Part shown: piece by piece, positions 36,905 through 39,722 of the stretch | Position numbering within the stretch: the stretch's first letter is position 1 | Layout: every line of letters begins with the position of its first letter | Origin: Deltaproteobacteria bacterium | GTDB lineage: Bacteria; Desulfobacterota; JADFXK01 | Length of the DNA stretch: 39,722 bases | Assembly (NCBI GenBank): GCA_015233295.1 | Contig: JADFYC010000003.1 | Coordinates: 1 to 39,722, forward strand | Direction of reading: 5' to 3' | Position numbers and translations under genes: made by a program | The notes under the pieces: model-generated | What the model was told of the DNA's origin: nothing | The model's database searches: none | Seen by the model: the letters and a program-made list of their open reading frames with translations, nothing else

Positions 36905-37261
36905 ATGAACAGATTGATGTTGTACCTAATTTTATTAATCGTTCTGATTATGCCATGCGGTTTATTTGCTCAGGAGGAAAAGGTGACGGTCAGCACGGTC
37001 ACGAGGACTGAAACAGTGGGAACGATCAGTGAAGTTAGTCCCGACACCATTGTGGTCCGGTCGGAAACCAGCTCATCTCCGTCTCACTACAAACACTCGA
37101 AGACCACAACCTATGTAGACGACAGGGGGTTGCCCGTATCCATGGAGACTGTCAAGTCCGGCCAGCCGGTGACGGTTTATTACACCCGTGATGGCGATCA
37201 CATGATCGCTAACAAAGTGGTGATTCGGAAAACCACAACGACTACCGAGACTCGAGAGTAA
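36905..37261 (+). CDS. Small secreted protein, unknown function
   Basis: RBS GAAGGAGAA, signal peptide MNRLMLYLILLIVLIMPCGLFAQ, and a Thr/Ser-rich mature part. Confidence 0.65.
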   Translation: MNRLMLYLILLIVLIMPCGLFAQEEKVTVSTVTRTETVGTISEVSPDTIVVRSETSSSPSHYKHSKTTTYVDDRGLPVSMETVKSGQPVTVYYTRDGDHMIANKVVIRKTTTTTETRE

Positions 37262-37284
37262 TAGGAATCAGGCCGGTCCATGTA

Positions 37285-37866
37285 TTAGTTAGGTGCGGTA
37301 ATGCTGGTTGGATAGGTACGCCGCGGGCCTTCTGCTTTCTGCCCGTTGACATATCCAGGGTGAATTAATTGATACCAAACTTCAATCTGAAATTCCCTTT
37401 GGGGCGATTCCCGCAATTCCAGTTTAATCACCATTGGACCGCCGTAGCCACCTCGCTGCAGGAAGAATCTTCCGTAGCCTCGAATCAATTTCTTCTGATT
37501 AACGGCTTGAAAGAATCTCTTCACCTTGGCGATGTCCCCACGGGCCAGGTAAATTTTGACTATCTCTACCAACTCATTGATAAAGGCGCCATTCTTGAGC
37601 GGCACCAGAGGAGGTTTGCAATCGTCGTGACTCATATGGCTCGGGCTAAGAGATGGTTCTCTCGTTATGGACCGCTCCAAGGCATCCACATCATGACGGG
37701 AAAGGTACTGCCTGGCCGTCGCCGTCAATCCCTCCCGGTTCACACAGGAAACCTCAAACCAGGAGGGCCGAGTGGCACCCGCCGGGAAACTGATTGCCAA
37801 CCCGGCCAGTACCAAGCACAGCCAAAGGAGCTTCATTGGAGCCTTATGTGTTAAAATGTGAATCAT
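37285..37866 (-). CDS. Secreted protein, unknown function
   Basis: RBS GAGGAAA and a signal peptide (KLLWLCLVLAGLAISFPAGA). No recognisable domain. Confidence 0.55.
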   Translation of the reverse strand: MIHILTHKAPMKLLWLCLVLAGLAISFPAGATRPSWFEVSCVNREGLTATARQYLSRHDVDALERSITREPSLSPSHMSHDDCKPPLVPLKNGAFINELVEIVKIYLARGDIAKVKRFFQAVNQKKLIRGYGRFFLQRGGYGGPMVIKLELRESPQREFQIEVWYQLIHPGYVNGQKAEGPRRTYPTSITAPN

Positions 37867-38589
37867 GGTGATTTCCTCTTGTTATGTCGGTTAATGTTTG
37901 AATATTTCGTTTGTCGTGGAAGCGACTATTGAGGTCTCAATTTCTATATTAGCACTAACAGAGACAATCTCTCTGAGCCCTGTTTGCCGTATTCAGAACA
38001 TTTAGGCTCTTGCCCCAAGGCCGAGGCAACTGTGGCCGATGCTTGTAAGGCATCAACAAACCACCCTGATGGTTGAGAAACAGTCGAGAAAACCTTGAGG
38101 CAGAGTAATTTTGTCTGACCGGGGTGGTATGCTTTCCCACCGGCCATAATATTCTGATTGAGAATCACTTGTTTCAGTAAGTCCGCTATCATAAAAGAGG
38201 GTTTAATGCAAGCAAAACCCAAATAGCTATTTATCCGGTGGGGATGGTAGAATGGTTAAGGGCTTGAGGTGTCAGAATGGCTGATGGGGGTATCTCAGGC
38301 GCGATCGGGTAGAAATTTGTGCCATGCGCTTTGTGTGGGGGGAGCAACTCGCGTTGCTACGGAATGAAATGAAATCTTAGATGCCGGATGGCCCTATTGA
38401 CTCTCCTCGTTACCAGGTGCGGAGTAAGCCATTTGATAATCTCCAATCAACAGTCTGTTAACACATTAAATTAGGCTAATTATTAACAGCGTGTTAAAAG
38501 AAATCATGTGATCTGCGATATATCTCTATATAGATAACAGAATGAAATATTGCAGATTTCGTTCCTAAATCAGGATTGCAAAATGCAAT

Positions 38590-38868
38590 TGCACTAATGT
38601 TCCCAGCATTATTGTATCTGTTATCATTTTGGGAGGCTGTTCGGAGTCATTCGGACGGTGAAAATAGGAAACATTGGGTGCTGGATGTGACTTTTCGGGA
38701 GGATTACAGTCGCCTCGAAAAGGGAATTCCGCCGAGAGCATAGCCGTGATACCTCATATGGCGCTAAATCTCTTGTAGCAGTAGAAGACAGCAAAGATGA
38801 GCATGAAAATTAAACGGATGAGATGTGGTTGGGCAGACATAGAGTTATTAGTTGTGCTCCGTAGCTGA
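38590..38868 (+). pseudogene. 3' relic of an ISAs1-family (H-repeat-type) transposase gene
   Basis: ...FWEAVRSHSDGENRKHWVLDVTFREDYSRLEKG / NSAESIAVIPHMALNLL*Q*KTAKMSMKIKRMRCGWADIELLVVLRS* matches the conserved C-terminus R.HW.IEN.LHW.LDV.F.ED..R.RKGN.A.N.A..R..ALNLL....KR....W. It carries one frameshift (near 38722-38724) and two in-frame TAG codons. The N-terminal two-thirds are absent. Confidence 0.7.
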
Positions 38869-39104
38869 GATTTTCATGCGTTTGCCCTGCTGGCTGGTCA
38901 GGTGGAATTTCATTGACAATATTCCAGCCCTTATCTATAAGTTAAAGGTTAATTTGCTGTATGCCCGCCGCTCCACAAGGATACCTCGACCGGCCGACCC
39001 TGCCCCTGTTTGAGGCGACCTAATCACTCGTTGCCGGTTTTTTCAACATGCCGTGAGCATCAAATAGTAAACAGCACCCATCCTTAAAAGAGACAAAAAT
39101 TGAC

Positions 39105-39722
39105 ATGGTTATCTTGCATCTGAGCCTGATGGGCGGACAACTGTACCTGTGGGGTGAAAGCCCCATCCGGGAGGATGTTCCAGCCTCGAAGGACTCCCGG
39201 CTGACCAACGATGCCGTGCAGCCGGCCCATCGGACTAAGACTAAACCAGGATCCGGCCCAGCGGGACGCCATCCAAAGACGACCCAGGCCTGGGTTAGGA
39301 AAACCCAAGGCCGAATAGAATCCCAGAAAGGGCCGGACTGGTCCCCTTATGACGCCGGGCCTCCGGCTCTGGCCAATATATTCGGTATTGGCCGGGGAGA
39401 CATTGTGATCCAGCCCGCGTCCATTTGTCGCCTGGCGGCCTGGTTACCCACACGGGGTAAAGTTCCGGTCCCGTCCAACGCCTTGATCGGGGAGCCGCCC
39501 GATGCCCGGCTCAAGCTGAAGCTGGCTCCGTGGTCAATTACGGCCTATCGTCTAGAACCGGCTGAGGCTATTGATTTGGTCTGTGCCTGCGGAGACCGCT
39601 CCTTCCTGGCTCCGGGCGTGATCATCGGATCCGACCTGGCCTGCTGGGCCGGGGCCTTACGTCTGACCGGGAGTCTGGTGGCCCGCCAGCAGTATCTTCC
39701 GGGAATCTCCGCGATCGGCGAT
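39105..39722 (+). CDS. 5' part of a large gene, probably an SNF2-family helicase with its N-terminal accessory region (runs off window)
   Basis: The frame is open for 206 codons to the window end. It starts MVILHLSLMGGQLYLWGESP and later reads WAGALRLTGSLVARQQYLPG. From memory this resembles the N-termini of bacterial SNF2-associated helicases. No helicase motif is yet in view. Confidence 0.45.
   Translation, partial: MVILHLSLMGGQLYLWGESPIREDVPASKDSRLTNDAVQPAHRTKTKPGSGPAGRHPKTTQAWVRKTQGRIESQKGPDWSPYDAGPPALANIFGIGRGDIVIQPASICRLAAWLPTRGKVPVPSNALIGEPPDARLKLKLAPWSITAYRLEPAEAIDLVCACGDRSFLAPGVIIGSDLACWAGALRLTGSLVARQQYLPGISAIGD

Overview
This window looks like an accessory, signal-transduction-rich stretch of a bacterial chromosome. 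A Desulfobacterota-like origin is only an inference from gene content.

IS debris bounds it: an IS3 OrfB fragment at the left edge and an ISAs1-type transposase relic at 38.6-38.9 kb.

Left to right:
- A Cys-rich PAS histidine kinase.
- A minus-strand unit of two paralogous secreted proteins of unrecognised family, one with four PKD domains. It lies downstream of an OmpR-type two-component system. Both units carry the same GTTCAT-N5-GTTCAT-N10-TATAAT promoter architecture.
- A decayed low-coding region with an IHF-like relic and an orphan C2H2-like finger.
- A Cys-based phosphatase.
- A phage-type recombination pair: a tentative Rad52/Sak-like annealing protein and a Cas4-like PD-(D/E)XK nuclease. 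It sits co-directionally below a lexA-imuB-dnaE2 mutagenesis cassette whose dnaE2 has one in-frame TAA.
- A broken DUF72 gene and a MITE-like element.
- A three-gene phosphorelay: CHASE/multi-PAS kinase, frameshifted receiver, SBP-hybrid kinase.
- The most unusual part, a compact replication-like cassette. It holds a small basic protein, an unknown 201-aa ORF translationally coupled to a 576-aa exo+pol family A DNA polymerase, interleaved inverted repeats, a wHTH protein, and an AT-rich segment plus iteron-like repeats.
- An FGE/SUMF1-domain protein, small secreted proteins, and the 5' end of a probable SNF2-type helicase gene running off the window.

I saw no rRNA, tRNA or CRISPR array. Several genes are interrupted by single-base frameshifts, each repairable by lengthening a short homopolymer. 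Assembly error must be excluded before calling them pseudogenes.
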